The notes under the pieces: model-generated | Told to the model about the DNA's origin: nothing | Databases searched by the model: none | Seen by the model: only the letters and a program-made list of their open reading frames with translations | NCBI GenBank assembly: GCA_963719505.1 | Contig: CAVRCF010000001.1 | Location: forward strand, 864,001 to 928,000 | DNA: 64,000 nucleotides | DNA from: Halobacteriovoraceae bacterium | Lineage (GTDB): Bacteria > Bdellovibrionota > Bacteriovoracia > Bacteriovoracales > Bacteriovoracaceae | Direction: 5' to 3' | Part shown: positions 29,650 to 40,630 of the stretch, in pieces | Numbering within the stretch: position 1 is the stretch's first letter | Layout: every line of letters begins with the position of its first letter | Translations under genes and position numbers: made by a program

Positions 29650-31539
29650 ATGAAAAAAGACTCTTTATTATTTAGTAGAAAATTTTGGCTAACCTTTTGG
29701 ACTCAGTTCTTTGGAGCGTTTAACGATAACGTTTATAAGAATGCTCTGGTTATTCTTGTCGCTTTTAAATCTTATAGTTTACTGGGATTACCTGCTGAGC
29801 AAGTTGTCGCTTTAAGTGGAGGCATTTTTATTCTGCCTTTTTTTCTCTTTTCAGCTACGGCTGGACAAGTTGCCGATAAATATCCTAAAGATAAACTCAT
29901 TAAGATCATAAAATTCGCTGAAATTGTAATTATGTGCTCTGGAGCCATAGGCTTTCTTTTTGAAAGTGTTGAAGTGCTCGTTAGTACATTATTTTTTATG
30001 GGACTTCAGTCAACATTTTTTGGACCTATAAAATACAGTATACTGCCTGAACTTGTTGATGAGAATGAGCTCGTTGCTGGAAATGCTCTCTTCAGTATGG
30101 GAACCTTTCTAGCAATCTTGTTGGGGACGATCACTGGTGGAGTTCTGATTGCCAAAGAAGTAGCACCAGCTGAGTATGTTTCTGTCAGCGTTATTGTATT
30201 TGCGCTGATTGGATTTCTTTTTTCTTTAGGCATTTTAAAGATGAAGGCCATATCGCCCGATCGAAAAATTAACTTTGGAATCATTAAGCCCTCGATTGAA
30301 GTTTTAAGAGTCTCGCGCAAAAAGAAAAGTGTTTTCGGAGGAGTTCTTGGCATCTCTTGGTTTTGGTTTTTAGGAGCCACTCTTTTATCTATCTTTCCCA
30401 TCTATGCGTTAACAACACTGAATGCAGATCAAGATACCGTCACTTTATTTCTCGCCATCTTTAGCATCGGAGTTGGGTGTGGTTCCATTATTTGCGAAAG
30501 AGTGAGTAAGGGACATCTTGAGTTGGGTCTAGTTGTTTTTGGGGCCATTGGGATGACAATTTTTCTCTTTGACCTTTTCTTGATTGGAACACCTAGCTTT
30601 GTGACAGAACAGAGGCTTCAATTCTCAGTATTTTTTGATCATTTTACAGGTTTTAGAATTCTTGCTGATTTATTTTTATTTTCTGTGTGTGGAGGCTTTT
30701 ATACTGTGCCTCTTTATACAGCGATTCAAAAATTAAGTGACCCTAAAGATCGCTCTATGGTCATTGCTGGAAATAATATTTTAAACGCTTTATTTATGGT
30801 TGTGGCATCGGTGCTTCTCATTATTTTGTTAGGTCTAAAGCTATCAATACCTAAATTGTTTTTGATCTATTCTTTAATCAATCTTGTGGTGGCGTTTGCT
30901 ATTTATAGAAATATCTCAGAATACTTTTGGCGATTATTTTGCGTTTGTGTAATGAAGATTCTTTACAAAGTTGAAGTCAATGGAGCACAGAATATTCCTG
31001 AAGATGGGCCTTTAATTATAACGGCAAATCATATTAGTTTTATCGATTGGCTTTTTTTAGCCGTTGTCGTTAAAAAACCTGTGCGTTTCGTTATGCACTA
31101 TGAGTTCATGAGCATTCCACTAGTAAATATCTTTTTCAAAGGATCAAAAGTAATTCCTATTGCAGGAAAAAAAGAAGATGAAAAAATTATGCATCAAGCT
31201 TTTGAAAGCATTCACGAAGAACTTCAAAAAGGTGAGATCGTTTGTATCTTTCCAGAGGGCGAAATTACAAATACTGGAAAGCTCACTTATTTTAGGCCAG
31301 GGCTTGAAAAGACGATTGAGAGAAGTCCTGTCGACGTTGTGCCTTTTGCCATTTCAGGACTGTGGGGAAGTTTCTTTAGTCGAAAATATGGAAAAGCCAT
31401 GTCAAAATACAGCGTCCTTTTTTATGACCTAAGACCAAAAATTGTGATCAACGTTGGTGAAAGAATAAAAAGTGATGATGTTAATGCAAAGGCTTTGGAA
31501 CTTGTGACCCAAAATCTTCTCGACAAAAATTCACTTTAA
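29650..31539 (+). CDS. MFS transporter (LplT-like) fused to a PlsC-type acyltransferase
   Basis: TQFFGAFNDNVYK, FGPIKYSILP; C-terminal NHISFID and IFPEG motifs. Confidence 0.9.
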   Translation: MKKDSLLFSRKFWLTFWTQFFGAFNDNVYKNALVILVAFKSYSLLGLPAEQVVALSGGIFILPFFLFSATAGQVADKYPKDKLIKIIKFAEIVIMCSGAIGFLFESVEVLVSTLFFMGLQSTFFGPIKYSILPELVDENELVAGNALFSMGTFLAILLGTITGGVLIAKEVAPAEYVSVSVIVFALIGFLFSLGILKMKAISPDRKINFGIIKPSIEVLRVSRKKKSVFGGVLGISWFWFLGATLLSIFPIYALTTLNADQDTVTLFLAIFSIGVGCGSIICERVSKGHLELGLVVFGAIGMTIFLFDLFLIGTPSFVTEQRLQFSVFFDHFTGFRILADLFLFSVCGGFYTVPLYTAIQKLSDPKDRSMVIAGNNILNALFMVVASVLLIILLGLKLSIPKLFLIYSLINLVVAFAIYRNISEYFWRLFCVCVMKILYKVEVNGAQNIPEDGPLIITANHISFIDWLFLAVVVKKPVRFVMHYEFMSIPLVNIFFKGSKVIPIAGKKEDEKIMHQAFESIHEELQKGEIVCIFPEGEITNTGKLTYFRPGLEKTIERSPVDVVPFAISGLWGSFFSRKYGKAMSKYSVLFYDLRPKIVINVGERIKSDDVNAKALELVTQNLLDKNSL

Positions 31540-31555
31540 TTGTCTAATAGGCTGC

Positions 31556-32684
31556 ATGAGCGAAGAAAATCTAAATAAATTAAATGACCTATCCTCTGAA
31601 GTGACAGCGATGAAGGAGACTCTCGACCACATACGGAGGTCACTTTGACGTCGATTCTAAAAATAGACGCCTAGAAGAAATCGCTGAAATGGAAGCGCTG
31701 CCTGGTTTCTGGGAAGATTCCGACGGTGCTGCGAAAATTCAAAAAGAAAAATCACTTCTCATGGAGGTGACAAATACCCACAAAAAAGTCGCCGATCTTT
31801 TCGATGAATACGAAATTCTCACAGAGTATGCCCACGAAGGAGATGCTGACTCAGCACTGGAAGCTGTTAACTCTTTTGATAAAATGAAGTCGGCTCTGGG
31901 CGAAGCAGAGCAAAAAGCCCTTTTGAGTGACGAGATGGATCCCAATAACGCTATTGTCTCCATTAATGCCGGTGCTGGTGGAACTGAATCATGTGACTGG
32001 GCTTCTATGATTCACCGAATGTTAACTCGATGGGCTGAATCAAAAGGCTTTAAAGTTGAAGTGCTAGACCATCAATATGGAGATTCGGCCGGTATTAAGT
32101 CGGTGACATTTACTGTTTCAGGAAACTACGCTTTTGGACTTATGAAGTCTGAAACCGGTATCCATAGATTGGTTAGAATCTCTCCCTTTGACTCTAACGC
32201 GAGGAGACATACCTCATTTTGCTCGGTGTTCGTCTCACCTGAAGTCGATGACACAATTGAGATTGAAATTTTAGATAAAGATATAAGAATTGACGTCTAT
32301 CGCTCTGGTGGAGCTGGTGGACAATCTGTTAACACGACGGATTCTGCGGTTCGAATCACCCACAATCCTTCTGGAATTGTTGTGACCTGTCAAAATGAGA
32401 GAAGCCAGCTGCAAAATAAAATGACGGCCATGAAAGTTTTAAAGTCCCGTCTCTACGAGAAAGAGATGGAGAAGAAAAGAGCAGAGCAGGCTGAGCAAGA
32501 GGCGAATAAGAAAGAAATTGGTTGGGGCTCACAGATTAGATCTTACGTTTTACATCCTTACAAAATGGTGAAAGATCACCGGACAAATTGCGAAAGTGGA
32601 AATGCGGATAAAGTTCTAGACGGTGATATAGACGACTTCCAAAAGTCATTTTTACAGTGGCGAGCCCTCAGCGATTCAGAGTAA
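31556..32684 (+). CDS. prfB: Peptide chain release factor 2 (programmed +1 frameshift at 31643-31649)
   Basis: SPF and GGQ motifs; ORF from ATG 31556 ends CGG AGG TCA CTT TGA C with an internal GGAGG SD; +1 frame joins the main ORF. Confidence 0.97.
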
Positions 32685-32688
32685 TTAA

Positions 32689-32717
32689 TTGCCATATACT
32701 GGGCAAATCGTTATTAT
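32689..32717 (+). promoter_or_regulatory. Putative sigma70 promoter of lysS
   Basis: TTGCCA-N17-TATTAT. Confidence 0.55.
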
Positions 32718-32767
32718 CTTTTCCACATCTAAACACTGTAATTTAAGCCGAAAATAAAGGATATGAC

Positions 32768-34315
32768 GTGAAAGAAAAGTATATTTCTCAATGGGAAAAT
32801 CTCTATAGCGAACAAATGAATGTTAGACGCGATAAAAGAGCGAAACTAATCGAGCAGGGCTCACATCCTTATAAGCACAATATTAAACCATCCATTAAAG
32901 CAAAAAAGCTTATCGAACTCTACAGTGATAAAGCAAAAGAAGATATCGGCGAAACAGAAGATTACTCCGTTGCAGGTCGCGCCCTTTTAGTTCGTGACTT
33001 TGGCAAGGCAGCCTTTATCCAAATAGACGATGGTTCCAGCCGTTTTCAACTTTATGTTAAGAAAAGCATCACCAGCGAAGAGGGATTTGCTGATTACAAA
33101 CTTTGTGACTACGGTGATATCGTTTATGCAAAAGGTAAAATGTTTAAAACAAATAAAGGTGAGCTTACACTTGAGGCTCATGACTTTAAAGTTGTAACAA
33201 AGTCATTAAGACCACTTCCAGAAAAATTTCACGGATTAACTGATACTGAGTCTCGTTATAGAATGAGATATGTCGATCTTATTATGAATCCAGAGTCGCG
33301 CGAAAAGCTAATGCTTAGGTCTCGAATTGTCAGATACATAAGAGAATTCTTCTATAAGGATAATTGGCTTGAAGTTGAAACTCCTATGATGCATTCAGTT
33401 GCTGGTGGAGCTGTAGCGAAGCCTTTTAATACTCATCACAATGCTTTAGATATGGAGCTCTTTATGAGAATTGCTCCTGAGCTTCATTTAAAAAGACTTA
33501 TTGTTGGTGGCTATGAAAAAGTATTCGAGATGAATAGATGTTTCAGAAATGAAGGACTCTCGCTAAAGCATAATCCAGAGTTTACTTCAGTTGAGTTTTA
33601 CCAAGCTTATGCAACTTATGAAGATCTAATGGTTTTAACAGAAGAGCTTATCCATGGTTTGGCAAAAGATGTCATAGGTAATCCAACTATTACTTTTGGT
33701 GAAAATAAAATAGACTTTGGAAGCAAGTTTAGACGTCTTCCAATGGCCGATGCTGTGGTTGAATACACTGACCTATCTCACGATGATCTCCAAGATAAAG
33801 ACAAAATGATCACTCTTTTACTTTCTAAAAAAGAGCTCGGAGCTAAAAAAGATGAACTTGGAAAACTTAGTCCAGCAAAACTAATGGTTCTTTGTTTTGA
33901 AGAATTTGTTGAAGAAAATTTAATCAATCCAACTTTTATCACTCATTACCCGACAGAAATTTCTCCACTATCAAGAAGAAATGATGACAATGGCGACTTT
34001 GTAGATCGTTTCGAACTTTTTATTAACGGTTGGGAAATTGCAAATGCCTTTAACGAGCTTAATGATCCAAGCGATCAGCTGAGCCGTTTTGCAGATCAAG
34101 CGGTCTTGAAAGAGGGGGGAGATGACGAAGCCTGTGATCCAGATTATGACTTCGTTAGAGCTCTAGAGTATGGAATGCCTCCAACTGCGGGAGAAGGAAT
34201 TGGTATCGATAGACTTTGTATGTTGTTAACAAACAGTACAACAATAAAAGATGTCTTATTATTTCCACTTCTTAAAAAAGAAACTTTCTTTAGTGAAGAC
34301 GAGGGCGAGGCTTAA
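32768..34315 (+). CDS. lysS: Lysine--tRNA ligase (class II)
   Basis: EVETPMM, RIAPELHLKRL, FRNEG, HNPEFT and YGMPPTAGEGIGIDRL motifs. Confidence 0.97.
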   Translation: MKEKYISQWENLYSEQMNVRRDKRAKLIEQGSHPYKHNIKPSIKAKKLIELYSDKAKEDIGETEDYSVAGRALLVRDFGKAAFIQIDDGSSRFQLYVKKSITSEEGFADYKLCDYGDIVYAKGKMFKTNKGELTLEAHDFKVVTKSLRPLPEKFHGLTDTESRYRMRYVDLIMNPESREKLMLRSRIVRYIREFFYKDNWLEVETPMMHSVAGGAVAKPFNTHHNALDMELFMRIAPELHLKRLIVGGYEKVFEMNRCFRNEGLSLKHNPEFTSVEFYQAYATYEDLMVLTEELIHGLAKDVIGNPTITFGENKIDFGSKFRRLPMADAVVEYTDLSHDDLQDKDKMITLLLSKKELGAKKDELGKLSPAKLMVLCFEEFVEENLINPTFITHYPTEISPLSRRNDDNGDFVDRFELFINGWEIANAFNELNDPSDQLSRFADQAVLKEGGDDEACDPDYDFVRALEYGMPPTAGEGIGIDRLCMLLTNSTTIKDVLLFPLLKKETFFSEDEGEA

Positions 34316-34327
34316 TCGCCCTCCCTT

Positions 34328-35518
34328 ATGAAGCTTTCTTTTACTTCATTTTTAAAAATCCTACTTGAGGGAAAGTCCGCAAAAAGATTTTTGGTTGGAG
34401 TTATAGGAAGCTTCGGCTTCTCGATCTCAGTTATCCTGAGCACGATCGGCCTCATGGACGGTTTTGAATCAACACTTATTGAATCTTTAAAAAACTCTAA
34501 CGGTGATCTCATCGTTAAAAAACGCTCGGGCTTTTTCCTTTTTAATGATGAAATAAAGTCTTTAAAAAATCTTGATTATATTGAAGAACTCACACCAATT
34601 GTCCAAGTTGAAGCTTTTGCTATTACAGAGGGTGCAGCTTCTGGAGTTCTTGTTAAAGGGATAGAGCCTAAAAGTTTCGAGCAAGTAACGAACCTTGGAA
34701 TTAAATTGAAACAAGGACAAGTTGCTATCGGGGTAGAACTCTCTGAAAAATACAAGCTCTCGGTTGGTGACTCTATAACTCTTACTTTTGCTTCAAATCA
34801 AAAAGTTAATCAGGGTGCTCCTATTTTGAAAAATTTTATCATCGGAGATATAGCCAATCATAGAGTGTATGAAAAAGATCTGCGTTTTATATACGCCGAC
34901 AAAAAAGAACTCTTAGAGGTTTTGAATTACAAAGAAGAAACAGCAAATACTTTGCTCGTCACAACATCAAAGTATGAAGTGCCAGAACTTTTGGAGGCTT
35001 ATCAAGAATTATTAGAGAAAAAGCTTGATCAAGACTTCACTGTAAGTACTTATTGGAGTGAGTTTAAAGTTCTTTTAAACGCCGTTGAAGTTGAGAAGTT
35101 TTCAATCTCCCTTATTCTTCAGTTGATAGTTATTGTGGCCATCTTTAATATTATTGCTTTTATTATCTTTATTTCAGAAAAAAAGTCTCAAGAGTTTTTT
35201 CTCTTAAGAGTTTTGGGAATAAATCTTAAAACAGTCGTTCGTTTTTGGCTTTTTATGCTGGGGTTCTTGTGGCTGGTCTCATGCGCTGTGGCTTTGGTAC
35301 TAACCTATATCTTCGATATTCTTATTGCAAACCTCTCCTTTTTTAAACTGCCTGGAGACATCTATGTTTTAAGTCGCTTGGGCATTGACCTGGAGTTTAC
35401 AGACTACCTGTTGGTTTTTGGATTAGCACTGGTTTGGATCTTCCTTATAGGAACGCTAAGTATATTGAAATTAAAAAAGAAGACCCTTTTACAAGGGTTG
35501 AGACAGGAGTTTAATTAG
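34328..35518 (+). CDS. lolE: Lipoprotein-releasing ABC permease (LolC/E family)
   Basis: 4-TM FtsX/MacB-type topology, GLMDGFE, LPGDIY; between lysS and lolD. Confidence 0.75.
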   Translation: MKLSFTSFLKILLEGKSAKRFLVGVIGSFGFSISVILSTIGLMDGFESTLIESLKNSNGDLIVKKRSGFFLFNDEIKSLKNLDYIEELTPIVQVEAFAITEGAASGVLVKGIEPKSFEQVTNLGIKLKQGQVAIGVELSEKYKLSVGDSITLTFASNQKVNQGAPILKNFIIGDIANHRVYEKDLRFIYADKKELLEVLNYKEETANTLLVTTSKYEVPELLEAYQELLEKKLDQDFTVSTYWSEFKVLLNAVEVEKFSISLILQLIVIVAIFNIIAFIIFISEKKSQEFFLLRVLGINLKTVVRFWLFMLGFLWLVSCAVALVLTYIFDILIANLSFFKLPGDIYVLSRLGIDLEFTDYLLVFGLALVWIFLIGTLSILKLKKKTLLQGLRQEFN

Positions 35519-36177
35519 TGGGATTTATAAAAGTTTCTGATGTAAGAAAGTCATTTGGAAAAACAAGTGTTCTCAATGGTGTTGATTTTGAAATCAATAA
35601 AGGCGATCAAGTCTCTTTGGTGGGGATGAGTGGATCGGGGAAATCGACTCTTCTGTACTTGCTAGGCGGATTAGATAAGCCAAGTTCTGGAAAAATTGAA
35701 ATAGACGGAAAACTTATATCGACGTTAGCAGATGATGATTTAGCGCGCTTTAGAAATCAAGATGTGGGCTTTGTGTTCCAATTTCACTATCTTCTTCCCT
35801 CAATGAATTGCCTTGATAATTTACTTTTGCCCGCCAAAATTGGTGGCGCGGATCTTACTTCGGTAAAAAAATATGTGATTGAATTGAGCGAAAAGTTGGG
35901 GGTTGGGCACTGTTTGGAAAAATTTCCTTACGAAATCTCTGGCGGAGAGCAGCAAAGGGTTAATATTATTCGAGCAGTCTCTCTCAATCCAAGTTTGATC
36001 CTGTGCGACGAGCCAACTGGTAATTTAGATTCGAAGAATTCCGCATTAGTTGTGGCTTTATTGCGAGAGATAAGTGAAAGAATTAACGCGACACTAATCC
36101 TTGTAACGCACGATCCAACCATCGCGTCGCAGCTTCAGAGAAAAATATCAATTGAAGATGGTCGGATAATTGGTTAG
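35518..36177 (+). CDS. lolD: Lipoprotein-releasing ABC ATPase
   Basis: GMSGSGKS, GFVFQFHYLL, ISGGEQQR and DEPTGNLD motifs. Confidence 0.9.
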   Translation: MGFIKVSDVRKSFGKTSVLNGVDFEINKGDQVSLVGMSGSGKSTLLYLLGGLDKPSSGKIEIDGKLISTLADDDLARFRNQDVGFVFQFHYLLPSMNCLDNLLLPAKIGGADLTSVKKYVIELSEKLGVGHCLEKFPYEISGGEQQRVNIIRAVSLNPSLILCDEPTGNLDSKNSALVVALLREISERINATLILVTHDPTIASQLQRKISIEDGRIIG

Positions 36178-36230
36178 GATAGCCTCAAGTTATTAATTTT
36201 AGTAGAGAACAATACAAGGTTGTTCGCTTA

Positions 36231-38542
36231 ATGAAAAATATCAGTAGGGGTTATTGTCCTATTGATCCCAATATATCAATTGCTCAAGATTCATTTGGTA
36301 ATTTTAAAGAACTGTTTAAAATAGAAGAAATTAAAATCGTCGGGGCAAAAAAAGTTGAACCCGAGGCAATCTCCGAAAAACTCACGTTAAAAAAAGGTAC
36401 AATTGCTGACAATTGTACTTTGCGCTCAGATATTAAGACAATTTATGAAATGAAGTACTTTGAATCAGTGGAAGCTCATCAAGAAACCATAAAGGGTAAA
36501 AAAATTCTCGTGATTAGAGTTATGGAAAAGCCCATTATTAGCGTTATCCGGTTTGAAGGAAACGACGAAGTTTCAGCAGATGATCTTAAAGAGCAACTGA
36601 AAACTAAAGAATATAATATCTTGGATGTCAACACGATTAAAGGTGATGTCGTCCTTCTGCAGAAGTATTACGAGGAAAAGGGATACTTTCTCGCCAATGT
36701 TGACTATGAACTAGTTAAAAATGAAGTTGGCGGTCTAGATCTTGTCTTAAAGTTAAAGAGTTTTATAAAGTACGAGTTAAGAAAATAATCTTTCTAGGAA
36801 ACCAAGAAGTTCCGGATAATGAACTCAAGCCTATTATGGAAACCCAAGAAGAGACTCTTTTTTCTGGTTTCAGTGGTTCTGGAAACTTTAAAGAGTTCTA
36901 TCTTTCAAACTGATATTGAAAGACTTAAGTACTTTATAAGACTAAAGGATATTTACAAGTCAATATAGGAAATCCTCAGATCACTGTTTCAGAAGATAAG
37001 AAGTGGATTTTTATTACTATAAGAGTAAAAGAAGGACCAAAGTTCACCGTCAATGATATCTTTTATAATGGTGAGCTCTTATTCACTGAAGGTGAACTGA
37101 GAGAGAAGACTCAGCTGCAAGGCGGAGACACCTATTCTGAAGAAGAACTTCGCCATGATATTCAAATGTTGACTGAGATGTATCAAGATAAAGGGTACGC
37201 TTTTGCCAACGTTCTCAGAACTCTTGAAATTGTTCCAGGTGAAAATAAAGTGGATATTTACTACTCTTTTGAAAAAGGTAATATCGCTTACTTTGGAAAA
37301 ATAATTGTCAAAGGAAACACAAAAACAAGAGATAAGGTTGTTAGGCGAGAGCTGAGAATTACCGAAGGAATGATGTATTCTGGAAGTAAGCTTAGACGAT
37401 CAAAAGCAAATGTTAACCGTCTTGGGTTCTTTGAGCCAAATAGTGTTATTTTCAACACAGTTTCTCCTAAAGGAAAAGACAATGTTTTAGATGTTGAAAT
37501 TTCTATTAAAGAGAGACAAACAGGGCAGATTTCATTGGGAGCTGGTTACTCCACTGCAACAAAGGGATTTTTTCAAGCTTCGATTGCACAAAATAACTTT
37601 ATGGGTAAAGGTCAAAACCTAAACTTTAACATCTCTCTAGCTGAGCAGCAAAAAACCTTTAACCTCGGTTTTACCGAGCCTTACTTTCTCGATAGTCTTT
37701 GGACAGCTGGTGGAGATATCTATCAGACACAAAACGGGTTATTGACTTCTTTCTCGTCAAAAAAATGGGGAGCAGATGTTCGAGTCGGTTATCCAATTGG
37801 AGAATACACCAGAGTATTCCTCACGGTTAGACATGAAAAAACTGAAATTGAAAATGTAAGAAATCCAACGATCGATGTTGATATTGAAAATGGAACAGCG
37901 GCAACGGTTAAAACCTCTGTTCGCTATGATAAAAGAAATAACGTATTTGAACCAACTGATGGAGTCTATGGAAATCTCTCTGTTGAGTATGCAGGTCTCT
38001 ACGGTGATCAAGAATGGTTGAAAGGATCTGCAGAGTCTCGATTCTACTATCCAGTTGCTGGTGAGCTCATTTTTAGAAGTCGATTCTTAGTTGAGCAGCT
38101 GATTAAAACAACTGATAGAGCCCTTCCAAGAACGGAAAAGTTTCAACTTGGTGGTTCGAGAAATATGCGTGGATACAACTTTGAAGACGTTGGTCCAAAA
38201 ATTGAGCGCGTTCCAAGAGATGAGGAAGATGATCCGAATGCTGAAACTCAAGTTTTCAATGTCGGTGGTGTTTTCTCTGTTCTTGGTACTTTTGAATTTG
38301 AACATCCTCTTATTAAAGAAGCCGGATTAAAATGGGTTCTTTTCTACGATGTAGGTAACGTATATGCTGACGCAAGCGGAAATGATGGAGAGTATGACCT
38401 TCGCCAGGATTATGGTTTTGGATTTAGATGGTTCTCACCAATTGGAGTTTTGAGGTTTGAATTTGGATACCCAATTGATCCAGAACCAGGACTAAATCAA
38501 GAGGGGCAGAAGTTCCACTTTGATATTGGACAGCTATTTTAA
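36231..38542 (+). CDS. bamA: Outer-membrane protein assembly factor BamA (indels near 36747, 36900, 36935; probably sequencing errors)
   Basis: POTRA repeats (YEEKGYFLA, GNTKTRDKVVRRE), MRGY, WFSPIGVLRF, terminal IGQLF; intervening frames give continuous POTRA sequence. Confidence 0.93.
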
Positions 38543-38584
38543 TTTATTTTTACAACGATATAAAAGAATCTACAGGAGATACAC

Positions 38585-39085
38585 ATGAAACAATTTATTT
38601 TAATGACAGTTTTGATCCTATCAGTCTCAGCTTTTGCCGAGGTCAAAGTGGGAATCGTCAATATCCAAAAGGTCATTACAACAATAAAAGCTGGTAAGAG
38701 TGTAATGAAAACTTTAGAAAAATCATTCAAGTCAAAGCAAAAACAACTTAAACAAGAAGAATCAGAAATCAAAAAACTTCAAGAAAGTATCCAAAAGCAA
38801 GCTTCTCTTTTGTCAAAAACGGCTCTCGCAAAGAAGGATCAAGAGATGAGAACAAAAATTCAAGCTCTTCAACAAAAGACAATGCAATATCAAAAAGAAA
38901 TTCAAAAACAAGAGGCTGAGCTAAAGAAGCCAATTCTTGATAAGCTTAAACCTATTATTGATGAAGTATCAAAAGAGATGAAAGTGGCTTTAACTTTTGA
39001 AAAGTCAGCTTCACCAGTGGTCTATGCCGAAAGTGAAATTGATATTACAGATGCGGTTATTAAGGCTTACGATAAAAAGAACTAA
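38585..39085 (+). CDS. skp: Periplasmic chaperone Skp/OmpH
   Basis: Signal peptide, KVGIVN, long coiled coil, DITDAVIK; follows bamA. Confidence 0.92.
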   Translation: MKQFILMTVLILSVSAFAEVKVGIVNIQKVITTIKAGKSVMKTLEKSFKSKQKQLKQEESEIKKLQESIQKQASLLSKTALAKKDQEMRTKIQALQQKTMQYQKEIQKQEAELKKPILDKLKPIIDEVSKEMKVALTFEKSASPVVYAESEIDITDAVIKAYDKKN

Positions 39086-39088
39086 ATT

Positions 39089-40117
39089 GTGAAAGCCCAA
39101 GAACTAAAAAATATTGATAAAAGCTTTAATATTTGCTTTGGAGATGAGGCCTCAGTTGAGGTCTCTTCTATTTCTCACGCCTATGAACCCAATGATGAAA
39201 CGTTTATTTTTATAAAAAATAAAAAGTTTCTTTCAGAAATTGGAAGGCTTTCAAAAAATATTAAATTTTTAAAAACGGGAATCGTTTTTGAGAAAAGCTT
39301 TTATGAATCTCTGACAGACATTTCAGACCTAAAAGAAAAATTCCTTTGGTTTGCAACCGTTGACGACGTCAACCGAGCAATGTGCCACTTTTCAAAACCT
39401 TTTTATGATAAAAAATATGGAGAGCTCAACTACTTTGTCGATGGTCGCCAAATGGGCTCGGCTAAAATTGATCCTTTCTCCGATATAGCTCAAAATGTTT
39501 TTATTGGAGAGAATGTAATAATTGAAAAAAATGTGCGCATTTATCCAGGCTCAGTTATTTTGCCTCATTGTCATATTTCCCAAGGAACAATTATTTATCC
39601 AAATGTAACTCTTTATCCATTTTCAAATATTGGAGAAAATTGTCGGATTCATTCGGGAACAACTATTGGGACTGATGGCTTTGGCTATAATTTTTTTGAC
39701 GGCTCTCACCATAAAGTTTGGCACTTAGCTGGTGTGGAAATTTCTTCAGATGTAGAAATTGGAGCTTCAAGTAAAATTGATGGTGGAGCATTTATCCCTA
39801 CTCGTATTGGGAAGGGAACAAAAATTGATAACCTTGTGCAAATTTCACACAATGCTCAAATTGGTGAGCATAATATATTTGCGGGTAAGTCTGGAGTCGC
39901 TGGCAGTGCCGAGACAGATAGTTATTGTGTGTTTGCGGCTTCATCAGGAACCGCTCCCGGGGCAAGACTAGGCAAGGGATGTCAAGTTGCAGCTTTAAGT
40001 GTCGTTAGTGAAAATGCAATTGTAGCCCCAGGAAGTATTTTGAGTGGGCATCCAGCGAGACCTTTAAAAGAATGGCTTAAGTCTCAAGCAAAATTAAGGC
40101 AACTTATTAATAAGTAA
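39089..40117 (+). CDS. lpxD: UDP-3-O-acylglucosamine N-acyltransferase
   Basis: Hexapeptide repeats, IGTDGFGY, KIDNLVQISHN. Confidence 0.93.
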   Translation: MKAQELKNIDKSFNICFGDEASVEVSSISHAYEPNDETFIFIKNKKFLSEIGRLSKNIKFLKTGIVFEKSFYESLTDISDLKEKFLWFATVDDVNRAMCHFSKPFYDKKYGELNYFVDGRQMGSAKIDPFSDIAQNVFIGENVIIEKNVRIYPGSVILPHCHISQGTIIYPNVTLYPFSNIGENCRIHSGTTIGTDGFGYNFFDGSHHKVWHLAGVEISSDVEIGASSKIDGGAFIPTRIGKGTKIDNLVQISHNAQIGEHNIFAGKSGVAGSAETDSYCVFAASSGTAPGARLGKGCQVAALSVVSENAIVAPGSILSGHPARPLKEWLKSQAKLRQLINK

Positions 40118-40128
40118 AAGGGTTGATT

Positions 40129-40629
40129 ATGTTACTAAATGATTTTGAAGTAAAAAAGTTTCTTCCTCACAGAGCACCTTTTCTTTTTATTGATACGGTA
40201 GGCGAGTTGATCGTTCCCGATTCTTTCAAAGCTATTGAGAATCCAGGAACCCGAGATTTAATCGGAATTAAGGTTGTCGCTCATTTTGAAGTAAAAGAAG
40301 ATTTGGAGATACTAAGAGGGCATTTCCCAGGAAACCCAATCCTTCCTGGTGTTGTTCAGGTAGAGATGATGGCGCAAGCTTCAGCTTTTATCTCGCTTCC
40401 TCTTAATAACCTCTCCATTACTGGACTCGATGTTGAGACTCTTTTAGTAAGTGTCGAGAAATCAAAGTTTAGAAAGCCAATCGTTCCAGGGATGAAGCTT
40501 GAGATCCATGCAACAATGACTAAAAACCGAGGAACAATAGCGAGTTATCAAGCAGAAATTTTTTGTGATGGAGAAAAGACTTCCGAAGCAGAGTTTTTAG
40601 CAAAATTAGAAATAAAAAAGGAAAAGTAA
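40129..40629 (+). CDS. fabZ: 3-hydroxyacyl-ACP dehydratase
   Basis: LPHRAPFLFID and GHFPGNPILPGV...E motifs. Confidence 0.93.
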   Translation: MLLNDFEVKKFLPHRAPFLFIDTVGELIVPDSFKAIENPGTRDLIGIKVVAHFEVKEDLEILRGHFPGNPILPGVVQVEMMAQASAFISLPLNNLSITGLDVETLLVSVEKSKFRKPIVPGMKLEIHATMTKNRGTIASYQAEIFCDGEKTSEAEFLAKLEIKKEK

Positions 40630-40630
40630 A

